Source of the DNA: Acidobacteriota bacterium
GTDB taxonomy: Bacteria; Acidobacteriota; Thermoanaerobaculia; UBA2201
Length of the DNA stretch: 50,741 nt
Direction of reading: 5' to 3'
Assembly (NCBI GenBank): GCA_037441225.1
Contig: JBBISU010000020.1
Location: 1-50,741 of the forward strand
The notes beneath the pieces were generated by a model, which worked only from the letters and a program-made list of their open reading frames with translations, searched no databases and was not told the DNA's origin. Shown here one piece after another: positions 17,401 through 25,980 of this stretch. Numbering within the stretch: the first letter of the stretch is position 1; every line of letters starts with the position of its first letter. The position numbers and the translations under genes were made by a program.

Positions 17401-17450
17401 GGTACATAATTTATCCCCTTTCTTTAAATGGTGAAAGAGGTATGCCATGA
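14427..17450 (+). CDS. Large secreted modular protein: two Ig/PKD-like modules, central NHL propeller, two ~100-aa FN3-like modules, C-terminal beta-rich region; no haem motif
   Basis: Signal peptide. Repeated INSFS...L..A.L.L.AYDPD modules, NHL units (GEGNFKKASGLAVYQNEIYAGDVGHGRVNVFDYNGN and others), and a repeated P..G......P.L......DPD...LYY.FE.Y module at about 15920-16570. Confidence 0.75.
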   Translation: MRYKVLFLLLFSFEIFGNQNPIINSFSASSYTLLPGATADLNLEAYDPDCPSSCTSGCGQYIRADLTNWSSNGGSFLNINNGTSSSPYNASAQWQAPLQEGTYNISIQISDSGTFLCGGRLSASSTIQITVTQNLNNPPVINSFSISENPILLNSSAILNVSAYDPDGDPISYEFSTNLGEIHPISEGVAEFIAPSTPGIANISCKVQDDKGAFTVKDLKVYITGVVPEKSIKMEGLTNYKISSDNYGFVYVPTNKNFIYVYNLNYGSLLKKILAPFVVAVSIDWNGNIFASFGNNLKLLSREGDTILTFNLQGNFEDITDVFSDNLNHKYLCLLSSQGKIAIFDENGNLERIFGGIGDGEGNFKKASGLAVYQNEIYAGDVGHGRVNVFDYNGNFIRSFGQRGGEDGEFVQISSLDFDLDGNLYVIDTFKSQASVFDFNGNLKEIFGKYGNETGSFIQPISISSNKNFGKILVLNSGKNSVEIFNLYSNSNPPANNIPSVPEPISPLNGTSFPKNSNVELILRKSFDPDFQELYYSFELYEEKNNKDELLASWFIKGESNEISVDATPFLSKAGNYKWRGRAFDSIDWSEWFEFQSFTINTGNPNNPPSMPSLLYPQEGSEVDTLEPTLTISNSKDPDNDPLYYIFEIYLHNGTEGLFMVYKSDPISQGNGLTSFKVPEGLLSLSQQVFWRAAAFDGYLYSEYTPYFTFFTPPLPIPSSEEVGNLPEGDSTRPYILNFEIGPNGEDTKVYFQIFGSFNENEIFLIVNNNYKHPLGPYNNESWSFTESFLIPKEELKNNENNRISFENQTNKNWGLRKVTLSPPDKITLNAIYYNTVIDLQISAKCKNSEKIEIYKAIGEPNYFNKVNEINCFEGILRDTGLQNGITYFYFAIKKDSEGFESERSNIVFGIPQATSTTPVTDLRIIKEGNNVKILWTPITNEPAIQYYEIYKDDFSNFFPDTQNFTNLYTTKSPYEGSFIDYDELLNPENIWYIIYPLSLNGERGMP

Positions 17451-18478
17451 GGTTTTTAATAATTATCCTTTTATTTCCATGTATAATTTTTTCTGTTGAT
17501 CCACCCCATTGGTCTTCTGCTTCCACTTATGAAGATTGTGATTCATCCTGTCATATTGTCCATTCTTCCCTTGGCTCTTCTTTAACTCAAGCAACTTCTA
17601 ATGTAAATTCCTGCCTTGCTTGCCACAATCCCACAGGACAGGCATCAAATCTTCCAATATCCTTAGAAGAAAGAGCAAATCCAAATTTTGGTGGAAGGCA
17701 TCATTCTTTTGATGTAAATGCAGTAAATCTAAGCTATGGGGCTGATTTGCCTCAAAATAATCAAATGCTTCCAAGGATTATGGAATCAAAAATTGTATGC
17801 TCTACCTGCCATAATCAACACACAGCTTCTTCTTCATTAGGTGGAACTGCAAGGATATCACAAGCAAGAAAAATTGCAGGAAGTGGGACTGGTACAATGA
17901 TATCTGGTGGAAATTATACAGGGACAAATGGAATATGGTATTTAATTGAAATTGATTCCCAAGGAAGTCAAGCAACAGCAACTTTTAAATGGTCAAAGGA
18001 CAATGGTTTGACATGGGTTCAACAAAATGTTAATTGTGGTAATGGAAATCCAGTGAATTTAGATAATGGAACACAAGTAACCTTTTCTGGTGGTGCAGGT
18101 GCTTTTCAATTAGGTGATAGGTGGGAATTTTATGCTTCTTATCCTTTTTTAAGAGTAAAATTAGATTCAGGAGATAACATAGCAGGTGATAGGTTTTGCA
18201 GAGATTGCCACAGGTCAATGGTTATGACCCATATGGATGTTGAAAATTATGATGGTACAAAGAAAAGCCATCCCATTGGAATTGTTTTAAATGCAAATGG
18301 AATGGGCTATGATAGGACTTCTCCCCTTGATGGAAATGGAAATCCTCAAGGTGGGCTTGGGGAAGATAATATAAAGTCCAATAACTTAAAATTAGATGGT
18401 AATGGGAATTTGCAGTGTTTAACTTGCCATAATGTCCATTATGCAGATTCAAATACAATAACAGAGGATCTGCCATGA
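17447..18478 (+). CDS. Secreted c-type cytochrome, 4 CXXCH + 1 CX3CH, with a central non-haem beta-rich insert
   Basis: Signal peptide. CLACH, CSTCH, CRDCH and CLTCH plus CDSSCH (17537-17554). Gly/Thr/Asn/Ser-rich. Confidence 0.85.
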   Translation: MRFLIIILLFPCIIFSVDPPHWSSASTYEDCDSSCHIVHSSLGSSLTQATSNVNSCLACHNPTGQASNLPISLEERANPNFGGRHHSFDVNAVNLSYGADLPQNNQMLPRIMESKIVCSTCHNQHTASSSLGGTARISQARKIAGSGTGTMISGGNYTGTNGIWYLIEIDSQGSQATATFKWSKDNGLTWVQQNVNCGNGNPVNLDNGTQVTFSGGAGAFQLGDRWEFYASYPFLRVKLDSGDNIAGDRFCRDCHRSMVMTHMDVENYDGTKKSHPIGIVLNANGMGYDRTSPLDGNGNPQGGLGEDNIKSNNLKLDGNGNLQCLTCHNVHYADSNTITEDLP

Positions 18479-21400
18479 AAAAGTTTTTATTTTTTCTATT
18501 AATTTTCCCTTTACATTCTTTTTCTGATACATTAAATTATACCTTTAATTTTGCTTCTTCTTCTGAAGGTTTTACTGCAACTACTGGCGGACAATCAACA
18601 GCTTCCTTTGATTCAGGAAATGGAAATCCAGCCGGCTCTATTTATACCCAGATTACAGGGAGAAGAAGGACAAATTCAAATTATTGGGAATGGACAGGGA
18701 CTTTTGAAGATTTGGGTGTCCCTTCTTCATCAATTATTACAGCCATCCAGCTTACAGGGGCATATAACAGATGCACAGTTTACTCAACAGGGCAACAATC
18801 CACAGCAGGTCCTTATGAGCTTAGAGATTCAACTGGGGCAACAGTCCTTGCAACTCTATGGGCAGGAAGGGATTTTTCAGCTGTAGATCCCTCTTGGGTT
18901 TTTGTATCTGGTTCAAACCAAATCCTTTCTGATATTCCATCAAATACTACAATTAAAATAAGATTGAACAATACTTTAAGGACTGGAAATTCAAATTCCG
19001 CACGGGTTACCCTTTATGATGACCAAATTTCTTTGACAATTACTTATCAATCAGCAGCAAATAATTATGTAACAATTGGTACAATTTCTGCAAATGTGAA
19101 TAGCTGTACTCAAATAACTGCCCAAGCAACCTTCACAGATGATGCAAATGGTAATAGCACTACAACCTTTGAATATAATACTTCAAACAACTGGCCTGGA
19201 ACAGTTGCTTGTTTAAATTTAACAGGTTCTTCTCCAAGAGAATGTATAATACAAAATTTACAAAATGACACAGATTACTGGATAAGGGTAACTTTTAATG
19301 ATATTGATGGGGTTGTTGGAACAAACCCACAGGTTATAGGACCTTACAGAACATACAATTGCCAAACAGTTGTATCCAGTGCAACAGCAAATGTTAATTC
19401 TTGCAGTCAAATTACAATTTCTGCTCCTTTTTCAGGTGATTGGAACCAAAATAGTTCAACAAACTTTGAAATCCAGCAAAATTGTACTGGAAGTTTTTCT
19501 TCCCTTTGCTCAAATGTTTCAGGTTCAAGTCCAAGGGTTTGTGTTGCAAACTCTTTGATAGAAAATACAAATTATTGCTTTAGAATAACTTTTCAAGATA
19601 CTGATGGAGTTGTTGGTACAAACCCACAAACAATTGGTCCTTATACAACCCCTCCTTGTACACAAACAGGTACAACAATAATTCAAAATAATGTATATAT
19701 AGAAAATTGCAGACAACTTAAAGCCCTTGGATTTTTTTCAGGAGATGGTGATTTAGATGGCTCACTGCTGGTTGAATATAATAACATAAATAACTGGCCA
19801 GGAAACATTGCTTGTAATCAAATAACAGGGATTTCACCAAGGCAATGCTTGATCTCAAACCTTACAGCTGATACTGACTGGTGGGTAAGGTTTACTTATA
19901 CAGACCCTGATGGAGTTTTAGGGACAAATCCAGAAGTTTTGGGTCCTTTCCACACACCCCTTTGTGGGGCAGATCAAGCAAGCCCAACAATTACAGTTCT
20001 TTCTCCAAAAAAGGGAGCTATAATTGGTGGGACAGAAAGGTTAAAAATACAGGCTTATGATGCAGGTGGAATTTCTTCTGTTTCTGTTTCAATAAATGGA
20101 GGATCTTATCAAAGTGCTACCTTAAATGGAAATTATAATTGTGGTACAAATTGTGGAATTTATGAATATGATTTTGATACAACCCTTTTATCAAATGGAG
20201 AAACAACAATAACAATTAAAGCACAAGATACCTCTTCAAATTTAAGTTTTACAAGCATCAGTGTTAATATAAAAAATTCAGGTGGAAAACCCCAAGGCTC
20301 TGGTCTTCTTTTAAGAAGAAGCCATGGGAGCCAAATTTGTATTGATTGCCATAACCTTCCTTCCCATTCCAGCCAACACACTGGCACAAAATATGGTTCT
20401 TGGTCTATTGACTGCTTAACCTGTCATACACCTCATTATACAACAAATATTTACCTTATAAATGAATATATAAGGACACCAAATAGTGGTTTGAAAAATG
20501 TAATTTTCAGAGTAGATGATAAAACAGGTGGAACAAATCCACAATTAAGCTATATTGGTGCTTATGATATAAATGGCATACCTTATGATGATGGTATATG
20601 TGAGGTCTGCCATACAAAAACAAACCATTATAGAAACGATGCATCAGGTGGTGACCATACTCACAATCAAAATTCAAGGTGTGTAAATTGCCATCAACAC
20701 TCAAAGGGGTTTGCAGCAGCAGGTTGTAATGGATGCCATAAAGCACCACCCAGTGTTGGGAAGCATTTAAAGCATGATGAAGTTGGACAAGTTCCTTCAT
20801 CTTATACTGAAACTTCTTCCCATGCAACTCAAACCCAATATGGTTTTTCTTGTGCAAAGTGCCATTCTGGGGCCCATACAAATGATACCCATTCTGGAAC
20901 TATAACAGATCCTTATCAAGTGGAAGTAATTTTTGATTCAACCCAAGACCCAAAAAATCCTTTAGGTACTTATAGCCAAAAATACCCAGATGCTTTAGAT
21001 CAAGGAACTGATACAACAAAATACTGGTCTTGGACCCAATCAATTGCAGGAACTGATGGAAATTGTTCAAACCTTTACTGCCATTCAAATGCAAACCCTG
21101 TGGGTGGAAATGTCTCTTATACAACTGTTAAATGGAATGAAACAAATGCAACAAATTGCCAGTCCTGCCACAATACTATTGCAAGGGATGATAGTGGAAA
21201 TTTGACTGATTTGTCATTAAAACATGGAAAGCATATCTCTTATAATGGCGAAGCTTCAACATATAATTATACCTGTGATGAATGCCATAGCTTAACAATT
21301 GTTGACAATTCAAAAGCTCCTTGGCTTTTAGATTCAAATGATTTAAAGGATAAAAGATACCATGTCAATGGCTTAAAAGATGTCTCCTTTTCTCCAACTG

Positions 21401-24372
21401 CTTTTTCATCAAACATAATTGATCAATCAAGTGGTTCTTATTCAAGTGGTATATGTTCAAATACATACTGCCATTCTAAAGGGACTTCAACTTCTTCTCC
21501 TTTTTCTCCTCCAAATGTAAATCTGGTCTGGAATACAGGAACTTCAAGTTGTGATTCCTGCCATGGAGGAAATGCAACTTCTACAAATATTATAAATACA
21601 AATGCTCACAGTGCCCATATAAACCAAGCAAGTTATTTAGGTTCAAATTTTATGTGTTATATGTGCCATCAAAACACTGTATCTTCTGTTTCTGATAATA
21701 CAATTAATAATTATAGCTTTCATGTAAATGGTTTAAAGGATGTTGTAATTTATAATGGTGGAAACTATAACAGTTATCAATGCACAAACACTTATTGCCA
21801 TTCAAATGGGACAGAGGTAAATGATTATGTAAATCCACCACTATGGAATTCTGGTACAACCCTTCCAAATGATTGCAAACAATGTCATGGAACAGAAGGA
21901 GGATCCATTGCAGGTGAACCAAGGTATGCAAACAATACTGGGTCTTATGATACAAGAAATAGCCACCAAATTTCAGACCATATTTCCTCTTCTTTAAGTT
22001 GCTATAAATGTCATTCAAGCACAGTAAATTCTTCTGGAAATTTAATTTCAGGTGGGTTGCATTTAAATGGCACAAGGGATGTTTCAAATTCAACTTTTAT
22101 TACATCTTATAATGAAACAAATGAAACCTGCCAAAACATTTGCCATTCAAATAACTCAGTTGTATGGGGGGATACAGTTTCTTGCAGGGATTGTCATTTA
22201 AAAACAGGTGCAGGCAATCAAGATGTAAATGATTATACATGGGATAATTTAATGGAAGATGGAACTGGAATAGTTGCAATTATTGATGGAGAGGACTGGG
22301 CAAATTATGGCCATGGAAATTCCACTGGTTTCCCCTTGGAATCTGCAAACTCTGCTCCAAATTTTGATTCTGGGGGAAGGGATGGATGTTTATATTGCCA
22401 TACAAAATCAGTTTCCCATAACAATTCAAATAATCCTTTCAGGTTAGCAAACATTGGAGCAGGAAACACAGCTGCATCAAAAAATGGTGTTTGTACAATT
22501 TGCCATGGTGGAAGTGGCTACAATCCTGGAACTGGCCTTGTTGATTCTTCAAAAGATATAGATTATTACCATTATGGTTTAGACCATGGAACAACAGGAG
22601 GAAAGGGTTTAGGTGGACAGCTTTGCTGGGATTGTCATGATCCCCATGGGGATTATAACTATTCTGCAAATCAAAGACTTGGTTTTATGTTCCAATATGA
22701 ACCAGTTGAAAATCATAATGATGCAGGAGGAAATACAACTGAATGGGGCATTCCAACCCAAATTGCTTCAACACCTGATTTTAGAAGGTTAAGGGATGGA
22801 ATAGATGCTTGGGGATGGGGGGATTATGTAATTAACAACAGTGGTGGGGTCTGTCAGGTCTGCCATGATGCAACAAACCACTTTTTAAAAACAACAAATT
22901 GGGCATCTGATTCAACCCATTTTCCAGGAAACAGATGCACTGAATCTTGTCATAAACACAAAACTGTAACCTTTGCTCAAAATGAAGCTTTCAAACCAGC
23001 AGGTGGAACCTGCAAAGGTTGCCATTCCACAAGGACTGGCAGCATACCAAGAGCACAAATTGTAGGAGGTACAGCTGGTTCTGAAGGTGATGATTTTATA
23101 AGGCCCTCAAGACATGTATCAGATGGGACAACCTCAGAAATTGTAACAGATTTCGATTGTATCGTTTGCCATATGGAAGGGGATCCTTCTTCTACAACAG
23201 GAAATATCCTGACAAATCCAACTTACCATGGTGCTGATGGTGGCTCCACAACAGTTGATTTAAGGAATGTGGACAGCAGAAACTCTGTTGCTTCTGCCTG
23301 GCCTGGAAAGAGATTATCAACTTGGTCTGCTACAACAACTGACAGGGATAATATGGACAATTTCTGTTTAAACTGCCATGATTCTGATAATTCTTCTTCT
23401 ACTTCAAACTGTGGTGGTTCTTGGGATATTGCAGTAAATTCAACAAATTCTGGGCTTTTAACAGGAGGTCCTGTTTCAAGAAGGTTTACACCTTTTAATA
23501 CCCAAGATACACAACAAAATGCCCATGAAATAGATACAGACATAAGGAATGCAAGGGCAAATTCTGGGGTGGTAGATGTAAGGGGACAATTTAATTATCA
23601 AAATTTAACAGGTAAAAACTGGGCAAGCCATCATAATTTAAGACAGTTTACAAAAAGGTATTCTACAAGAAATACAACTTACTGGCCTAATGCTGCCTGG
23701 ACAACTTACACAACAAAGGAAGGGCAAAATATTCAAACAGCAGGTGAGATAGCAGGTCTTCATTGTTCAGATTGCCATTTAAATGAAGCAAATGCCCATG
23801 GTACAAGAAATACACCTTACATCCTTTCAGATATGAATGGAAATGACACAACCTATCAAAATCCTGGTTATACCAATGGAACAGATATTTGTTTTAAATG
23901 CCATAACAGAGCTGTTTATGGAGGAGGAAATTCAGATACTGGAAATTCCAGGACAAGGGCACATAATCAAAGTGGGGCAAGGTGTAATAATTGGTGGAGT
24001 TCTCAAAATAAAGGGGTTGCAACAATGGGTTCCACTTCTCAAATTACAAATAATTCAGGTACAACAAATCTTCCCTGCCTTGGCTGCCATGGTGGAATGA
24101 GTTTTGGAATGATCCATGGGACAAATTCAACTTACAATCCAGGTAAATCCACAACATGGACATCAAAAAGATACAGGTTTATGGGTTCTGGTGGTTCTAT
24201 GAGATGGTATTCTCCAAATAATTCAACAACAGGAAATGATACTTCTTGGGAAGGAACTTCAAATATTGGCTGTTATACTATAAATGCAGTTGATGCCTAT
24301 GGTGGTTGCACTCAACATGGTGGTGGTTTCCAGAATGTAGCAGCAAACAGGGCAAGACCCCTTGAATATTGA
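18475..24372 (+). CDS. Giant (1965 aa) secreted multihaem cytochrome: ~600-aa non-haem N-terminal region (unknown domain, three FN3-like repeats, Ig-like domain) followed by 23 CXXCH + 3 CX4CH + 2 CX3CH
   Basis: Signal peptide MKKFLFFLLIFPLHSFS. Motifs counted by eye. Three copies of the HxNGxxDV...CxNxYCH...W...CxxCH unit known from Geobacter CxxxxCH...CXXCH repeat cytochromes. Confidence 0.9.
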   Translation: MKKFLFFLLIFPLHSFSDTLNYTFNFASSSEGFTATTGGQSTASFDSGNGNPAGSIYTQITGRRRTNSNYWEWTGTFEDLGVPSSSIITAIQLTGAYNRCTVYSTGQQSTAGPYELRDSTGATVLATLWAGRDFSAVDPSWVFVSGSNQILSDIPSNTTIKIRLNNTLRTGNSNSARVTLYDDQISLTITYQSAANNYVTIGTISANVNSCTQITAQATFTDDANGNSTTTFEYNTSNNWPGTVACLNLTGSSPRECIIQNLQNDTDYWIRVTFNDIDGVVGTNPQVIGPYRTYNCQTVVSSATANVNSCSQITISAPFSGDWNQNSSTNFEIQQNCTGSFSSLCSNVSGSSPRVCVANSLIENTNYCFRITFQDTDGVVGTNPQTIGPYTTPPCTQTGTTIIQNNVYIENCRQLKALGFFSGDGDLDGSLLVEYNNINNWPGNIACNQITGISPRQCLISNLTADTDWWVRFTYTDPDGVLGTNPEVLGPFHTPLCGADQASPTITVLSPKKGAIIGGTERLKIQAYDAGGISSVSVSINGGSYQSATLNGNYNCGTNCGIYEYDFDTTLLSNGETTITIKAQDTSSNLSFTSISVNIKNSGGKPQGSGLLLRRSHGSQICIDCHNLPSHSSQHTGTKYGSWSIDCLTCHTPHYTTNIYLINEYIRTPNSGLKNVIFRVDDKTGGTNPQLSYIGAYDINGIPYDDGICEVCHTKTNHYRNDASGGDHTHNQNSRCVNCHQHSKGFAAAGCNGCHKAPPSVGKHLKHDEVGQVPSSYTETSSHATQTQYGFSCAKCHSGAHTNDTHSGTITDPYQVEVIFDSTQDPKNPLGTYSQKYPDALDQGTDTTKYWSWTQSIAGTDGNCSNLYCHSNANPVGGNVSYTTVKWNETNATNCQSCHNTIARDDSGNLTDLSLKHGKHISYNGEASTYNYTCDECHSLTIVDNSKAPWLLDSNDLKDKRYHVNGLKDVSFSPTAFSSNIIDQSSGSYSSGICSNTYCHSKGTSTSSPFSPPNVNLVWNTGTSSCDSCHGGNATSTNIINTNAHSAHINQASYLGSNFMCYMCHQNTVSSVSDNTINNYSFHVNGLKDVVIYNGGNYNSYQCTNTYCHSNGTEVNDYVNPPLWNSGTTLPNDCKQCHGTEGGSIAGEPRYANNTGSYDTRNSHQISDHISSSLSCYKCHSSTVNSSGNLISGGLHLNGTRDVSNSTFITSYNETNETCQNICHSNNSVVWGDTVSCRDCHLKTGAGNQDVNDYTWDNLMEDGTGIVAIIDGEDWANYGHGNSTGFPLESANSAPNFDSGGRDGCLYCHTKSVSHNNSNNPFRLANIGAGNTAASKNGVCTICHGGSGYNPGTGLVDSSKDIDYYHYGLDHGTTGGKGLGGQLCWDCHDPHGDYNYSANQRLGFMFQYEPVENHNDAGGNTTEWGIPTQIASTPDFRRLRDGIDAWGWGDYVINNSGGVCQVCHDATNHFLKTTNWASDSTHFPGNRCTESCHKHKTVTFAQNEAFKPAGGTCKGCHSTRTGSIPRAQIVGGTAGSEGDDFIRPSRHVSDGTTSEIVTDFDCIVCHMEGDPSSTTGNILTNPTYHGADGGSTTVDLRNVDSRNSVASAWPGKRLSTWSATTTDRDNMDNFCLNCHDSDNSSSTSNCGGSWDIAVNSTNSGLLTGGPVSRRFTPFNTQDTQQNAHEIDTDIRNARANSGVVDVRGQFNYQNLTGKNWASHHNLRQFTKRYSTRNTTYWPNAAWTTYTTKEGQNIQTAGEIAGLHCSDCHLNEANAHGTRNTPYILSDMNGNDTTYQNPGYTNGTDICFKCHNRAVYGGGNSDTGNSRTRAHNQSGARCNNWWSSQNKGVATMGSTSQITNNSGTTNLPCLGCHGGMSFGMIHGTNSTYNPGKSTTWTSKRYRFMGSGGSMRWYSPNNSTTGNDTSWEGTSNIGCYTINAVDAYGGCTQHGGGFQNVAANRARPLEY
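19070..19960 (+). repeat. Three tandem ~95-aa coding repeats (FN3/Ig-like) inside the giant cytochrome gene
   Basis: The units ANVNSC.QIT....F..D.N.NS.T.FE......W.G...C.N.TGSSPR.C....L...T.Y..R.TF.D.DGVVGTNPQ.IGPY.T recur three times at the protein level. Confidence 0.65.
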
Positions 24373-25505
24373 TGTTATTCTTAATTCTCTTTTCTTTAAT
24401 AGAAGTTGAAGGTTATTTATCTTTAAATGCAATCCAGGGCTTTATAATTGAAAAGGACTCAAAATTTTACCCATTCATAACAAAGCCCTATACTTTATAT
24501 TTAAATTTTAAAAGCCCCAATGAATTAGAAATTGGGGATAAATTAAAAGTATATTTTAAAGAAGAAAAAGGTGTCCCCATTGCTTTTAAAATTGAAAAAT
24601 TAAAAAAGATTTACATAAATCCAAAATTTGAAATAAAAGAAAGTTTTTTTAAAGAAAATTTAGAAAATTATGAATTGGTTGATTTAAGGGAAGAAGAAGA
24701 ATTTCTCAAAATCAACATTCCTTCTTCAAAAAGAGAGTTTATAAAGAACAATAAAGAAATTATTTTTTATTGCAATGATTATTATGATGAAAAATGTATA
24801 GAAAAATTTCAAAATATTTTAATTAAAGAAAAAGGAAATTTTTTATTTTTTCAAGGTGGGATAAAAGAATGGAATAAAAGGGGAAATTACTTTTATACAG
24901 AGCCAGAAATTTTTTTAAAAAAAGAAAAGATTAATTTTTATCTGGTAGATTTGAGAAATAAGGAAGAAAGGGAAAAGGGGGTTGTGCCTTTTTCTTTTTA
25001 TGCAAATCTGGAAGAAATGGACTGGAGGGATTTTTCATCAGAAGAAGGAATGGTTCCTCTTTTGTTTATAGGAAGAGATGAAAATGATGAAAGACCTGTA
25101 AAAGCAGCAAAAAAGGTTTTAAAGTGGCGATATGATAATAATAAAAATGGATATGTTTCTATTTTAAAGGGCGGGATTGAAGGACTTAAAAAAATTGGCT
25201 TTAATTTAGAAAAAAAAGAAATTTTGTCCTTTAAAGTTTCAAATTTAAAAAAGGAAGGGGAAATTAAATTAGAAGAATTAAAAAAAGAAAATTATTTTGT
25301 TGATTTAAGAGATGAAGGGGATGCAAATTTCAAATCTGCAAAAAATTTAAAACTTTCTGAGTTGGATGAAAAAATTGAAATGCTTCCAAAAGATAAAGAA
25401 ATAATCTTATTTTGTTATGAAGGAAAAAGGGCAGAAGTAGCTTTTCATATTTTAAAAAAATTGGGTTTTGATGTAAAATTTATAAATGAACCACCATTTT
25501 TTTAA
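24369..25505 (+). CDS. Exported protein with three rhodanese-homology domains (only the last has a catalytic-type Cys loop)
   Basis: Hydrophobic N-terminus. Three units of the type Y.LVDLR...E...G.IP..... The third carries the loop CYEGKRA (Cys at 25413-25415). ATG 24372 overlaps the TGA of the giant cytochrome gene. Confidence 0.75.
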   Translation: MMLFLILFSLIEVEGYLSLNAIQGFIIEKDSKFYPFITKPYTLYLNFKSPNELEIGDKLKVYFKEEKGVPIAFKIEKLKKIYINPKFEIKESFFKENLENYELVDLREEEEFLKINIPSSKREFIKNNKEIIFYCNDYYDEKCIEKFQNILIKEKGNFLFFQGGIKEWNKRGNYFYTEPEIFLKKEKINFYLVDLRNKEEREKGVVPFSFYANLEEMDWRDFSSEEGMVPLLFIGRDENDERPVKAAKKVLKWRYDNNKNGYVSILKGGIEGLKKIGFNLEKKEILSFKVSNLKKEGEIKLEELKKENYFVDLRDEGDANFKSAKNLKLSELDEKIEMLPKDKEIILFCYEGKRAEVAFHILKKLGFDVKFINEPPFF

Positions 25506-25980
25506 AATCTTTTTCATAATTTTAATATTTTTTATAATTTCTCTTTTCTTATTTGATAAGGACTGGCTTTTGCAGTTAAATTTTTTGAAAGAGAAAGAAA
25601 AAAAAGAAATAGAAAAAACAATTGAAATTTATAATAAAATTTTAATGGACTTTTATGCTACAAGTGGGAATCCATCTTTAATAGATGAAGTTCCAGCAGC
25701 AAAAATTTTAAAACATGAAATCTTTAAAGAAATTGGATTTTTATCTATGAATGAAAGGGTTCTTGTATGGGATCTGGCAAGTATTAAAATTGAAAAAATA
25801 AGTTTTTATGGATTTAAAAAAGCAAAGGCAAGGGTTTTAGAAGAATGGAACTATCAATTTCAGGATTTATATACAAGAAAGCCCAGTTCAGAAGTAAGGG
25901 GAAAAACAGTTAAAATAGAATATGATTTAAGAAAAGTAAAAAATAAATGGATAATTTTTGAATGGTTTCCATTAAGTTAG
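25486..25980 (+). CDS. Membrane-anchored protein of unknown function (paralogue of 26768-27277)
   Basis: One N-terminal TM helix and a ~130-aa soluble domain. Collinear with the 169-aa protein (I..YN..L...Y...G......PA...LK.E........EEW). Confidence 0.55.
   Translation: MNHHFFKIFFIILIFFIISLFLFDKDWLLQLNFLKEKEKKEIEKTIEIYNKILMDFYATSGNPSLIDEVPAAKILKHEIFKEIGFLSMNERVLVWDLASIKIEKISFYGFKKAKARVLEEWNYQFQDLYTRKPSSEVRGKTVKIEYDLRKVKNKWIIFEWFPLS

Noticed and set aside
18551-24100. Nine 60-130-aa ORFs inside or antisense to the giant cytochrome gene (e.g. 18551-18886, 20507-20881, 21704-22093, 23223-23543).
   Set aside because: The 1965-aa frame is continuous and carries 28 ordered haem motifs and domain repeats. 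The internal ORFs have no motifs and are frame artefacts.
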